In this document: positions 61,540 to 64,000 of the stretch, one piece after another | Position numbering within the stretch: the first letter of the stretch is position 1 | Layout: every line of letters begins with the position of its first letter | NCBI GenBank assembly: GCA_965248445.1 | Contig: CBDFJG010000001.1 | Location: 96,001 to 160,000, forward strand | Length of the DNA: 64,000 nucleotides | Direction of reading: 5' to 3' | Origin: Planctomycetota bacterium | GTDB taxonomy: Bacteria; Planctomycetota; JAJSAM01; JAJVHW01 | The notes under the pieces: model-generated | What the model was told of the DNA's origin: nothing | Seen by the model: the letters and a program-made list of their open reading frames with translations, nothing else | The model's database searches: none | Position numbers and translations under genes: made by a program

Positions 61540-62874
61540 CTAACCGATTGTCGCAAGTACGAACGCGGCGGCACGATCCGGGACGCCCTCGACGTGCAGC
61601 CGCTGCCGCACCGCGGCCAGCGTCGCGACAACTCGGTCCCTCGACGGGCAGCCGGGCAACAGTCCGAGCAGAGCGTTCGCGATGCGCTGTGCGTCGCCAT
61701 CGAGCGCCAGCATCTCCGGTACGACCTCTTCGCCGGCGACCAGATTGGGCAGCGCGATGAACGGCGACACGACAATCGCCGATGCGAGCAGCTGATCGGC
61801 GTGCCCGGACCGGTAGATCACCACGGGCGGCGTCCCGTGCGCAACCAGGTGCAGCGTCGCGGTTCCGGAGACGGTGATCGCGGCGTCCGCCGCGGCCATC
61901 GCGTCGTCAGCGTGTTCCGGATCGACGACGCGTACCTGAACGTCGGCGGCGGTCGCGACGAACTCCTCGACGACCGGCCGCAGCCGCTCCGACGCGAGGG
62001 CCACCACAAAGCGCGCGTCGGATGCGTGACCAACGACGTGACGCGCGGCCTCGAGCATCAACGGCAGGTTGCCGCGGACTTCTTTGCGGCGACTGCCCGG
62101 TAGCAGCGCGATCAGCGGCGATGCGCCGCTCTGCAGCGAGGCCCGCAGTGTCTCGTCGGGGACCCGTTCGGCCAGGTGCTCGATCGTCGGGTGTCCGACG
62201 TACGCGACGTTGGCTCCGCTGGCGCGGAAGATGGGCGCCTCGAACGGGAGGATCGTCAGGAGCCGGTCCACGCGTCGCGCCAACGTCTTGATCCGCCACG
62301 GCGCCCACGCCCAGACCTGCGGTGCAACATACTGCACGAACGGGATGCCGCGGCGCCGAGCGGCGCGCGCCAGCCGCAGGTTGAGTCCCGGGTAGTCCAC
62401 GCCGACGATGACGTCCGGCCGCTCGTCGGACAGCCGGATCAGTAGACGCCGGTACAGCCTGAAGAAGAACGGCAGCTTGCGCAGGACGGGCAGCAGCCCC
62501 ATCACCGGATCGCTCACCAGGTCCTCGATCAGGTCCACGCCCGCCGCGGACATCCGCGGGCCGCCGACACCGGCGATCCGGAGCTCCGGCGCCATCTTGC
62601 GGAGCGCGATCGCGAGGTCGGCGGCGTGCAGATCGCCGGACGGCTCGCCGGCGACGATCAGAACGCGGGGCGACCCCGACACGGACACGGCGGGCGGCTG
62701 GTCCGGACCGGCATCGCGTCCGTCCCGGAGCAGCGCGAGCACGCGCTCGCGCGTGGACCCCGCCGAGAACGCGCCCGCGGCAAGGCGCACGACGAACACG
62801 ACTCCGCCGAACACCCCGCTCACCACGGTGCCGAGGGTCTCGAACGTGGCGGCTAGGGCCGTGCCCGCTGACAT
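61540..62874 (-). CDS. lpxB: Lipid-A-disaccharide synthase
   Basis: AGEPSGD, VDYPGLN, PQVWAW, ILPFE, YVGHP, LLPGSR and SGTATL motifs. Confidence 0.93.
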   Translation of the reverse strand: MSAGTALAATFETLGTVVSGVFGGVVFVVRLAAGAFSAGSTRERVLALLRDGRDAGPDQPPAVSVSGSPRVLIVAGEPSGDLHAADLAIALRKMAPELRIAGVGGPRMSAAGVDLIEDLVSDPVMGLLPVLRKLPFFFRLYRRLLIRLSDERPDVIVGVDYPGLNLRLARAARRRGIPFVQYVAPQVWAWAPWRIKTLARRVDRLLTILPFEAPIFRASGANVAYVGHPTIEHLAERVPDETLRASLQSGASPLIALLPGSRRKEVRGNLPLMLEAARHVVGHASDARFVVALASERLRPVVEEFVATAADVQVRVVDPEHADDAMAAADAAITVSGTATLHLVAHGTPPVVIYRSGHADQLLASAIVVSPFIALPNLVAGEEVVPEMLALDGDAQRIANALLGLLPGCPSRDRVVATLAAVRQRLHVEGVPDRAAAFVLATIG

Positions 62875-62978
62875 CGCGGCGAGGATACGGCAGCGGCGTG
62901 ACCGCTCCCCCACAACCCACGGCGAATCCGTCCCTCTCGCGGCCCGTGGAGAGATGATGCGCACACAGGAGGTGCGGC

Positions 62979-63551
62979 GTGCTGAGCACGAGCGATTTCA
63001 AGCGCGGAGTGGTGATCGAGGTGGACGAGAAGCCCTGGCGGATCGTCGACGTCAGCTTCAACTCGCCGTCAGCGAGAAGCTCCGGCCTGATCGTCAAGAC
63101 ACGCCTCAAGAACCTGGTCGACGGGTCCGTCCTCGACAAGACCTTCCGGGGCGGGGATCGCGTGAAGGAACCCGACGTCGAGCGGGTGCCGTGCCAGTAC
63201 CTCTACAGCGACGATCGTTTCGCGCACTTCATGGACACGAACACGTACGACCAGTTCCAGCTCGGTCAGGACGACCTCGGCGACACGGCGAAGTACCTGT
63301 ACGACGGCATCGAGGGAGTGTCGGTCACGCTCTGGAACGGCGGTCCGATCACGATCGACCTGCCCCCGCACGTCGAACTCGAGATAACGGAGACGACGCC
63401 GTCCATCAAGGGCGCCACCGCGCAAGCACAGACGAAGCCCGCGACTCTGTCCACCGGGCTGATCGTGCAGGTGCCCGCGTACATCTCGCAGGGCGAGGTC
63501 GTACGCGTGGACACGCGAACCGGGCAGTTCCTGCAGCGCGTCTCGAAGTAG
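62979..63551 (+). CDS. efp: Elongation factor P family (EfpL/YeiP-like loop)
   Basis: QYLY, FMD..TYDQ, KPATL.TG..VQVP and DTRTG motifs; loop SPSAR instead of PGKG. Confidence 0.9.
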   Translation: MLSTSDFKRGVVIEVDEKPWRIVDVSFNSPSARSSGLIVKTRLKNLVDGSVLDKTFRGGDRVKEPDVERVPCQYLYSDDRFAHFMDTNTYDQFQLGQDDLGDTAKYLYDGIEGVSVTLWNGGPITIDLPPHVELEITETTPSIKGATAQAQTKPATLSTGLIVQVPAYISQGEVVRVDTRTGQFLQRVSK

Positions 63552-63640
63552 CCACCACGGACGCGCAGCCGGCGATGTAACCAGTTCGGCTCTCCGCGCG
63601 TCCTCCCCTTATGGGCGGGTGGGGGTTTGGGATGGCGCGA

Positions 63641-64000
63641 CTAGCGCGGCCAGAGTCGGTGCACGCCGAACTTCAAGTATCGCCGCGCCGCCGCGGTGCC
63701 GAGCACCGGATGCCTCGCGATCCGCGTGCGGAACGTTCGCGCCGACACGGGCCGCGACAACAGGACCGTCACGCAGTTCTCGTACATCTCAGCAGAGAAG
63801 CGGAACGCGGCGGGGAAGCGCCGGCGAAAGCGCAGGTCCTGACAGAGCGGCGAGGACGTCAGCTCGAGCATCGTCAGGAAGTTCACGACCAGCGCACCGC
63901 CGGGCCGCACGTGGCCTGCGAGCCGACGCCACCATGGACCGTCCAGACCAGCGGGGCGCATCGGTTCGCCGTCCTCGACACCGAACAGGTCGTCGATGAC
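63641..64000 (-). CDS. Class I SAM-dependent methyltransferase (spermidine-synthase-like), 3' part; runs off window
   Basis: VIDDLF..., L..HVRPGGALVVN motif. Confidence 0.65.
   Translation of the reverse strand, partial: VIDDLFGVEDGEPMRPAGLDGPWWRRLAGHVRPGGALVVNFLTMLELTSSPLCQDLRFRRRFPAAFRFSAEMYENCVTVLLSRPVSARTFRTRIARHPVLGTAAARRYLKFGVHRLWPR

Overview
High-GC (roughly 70% by eye) bacterial window, most likely Planctomycetota/PVC. This is inferred from the HEAT, HEAT-VWA, HEAT-prenyltransferase and DUF1570-like genes, plus lpxB, nusA-infB-DUF503-rbfA without rimP, and an archaeal-type HPS-RraA fusion. Bases 1-8990 are the decayed right end of an accessory island. It holds phage head-tail joining genes with an internal deletion, DUF2924, three IS3-family pieces, an IS1380, a fragment of a Ca-binding-repeat/RHS-like gene, and a truncated HhH-glycosylase / HIRAN-like / PfkB-like cassette. 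The remainder is core-type DNA: an ABC exporter, a DUF5989-MBOAT-SGNH acylation cluster, HU/IHF, a giant Ser/Thr kinase-sigma54 activator, a two-component system flanked by solute-binding proteins, thiO/thiS/thiG, nucleoside salvage and uptake, and translation-factor genes. The strongest leads are: (1) a CTP-synthase-GATase-like gene whose catalytic Cys position is a TGA followed by a textbook SECIS-like hairpin, translationally coupled to a nucleoside ABC transporter and masked by one extra base; (2) a putative sigma54-driven structured ncRNA beside the kinase-activator gene, with a second sigma54 promoter and an unannotated 26-aa membrane peptide around the HU/IHF gene; (3) DUF5989 as a probable free DltX-like Tyr acyl-shuttle peptide; (4) the nucleobase-processing cassette in the island; (5) rbfA lacking a canonical start codon. 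No tRNA, rRNA or CRISPR array was seen. All family assignments are by motif recognition; no database searches were run.
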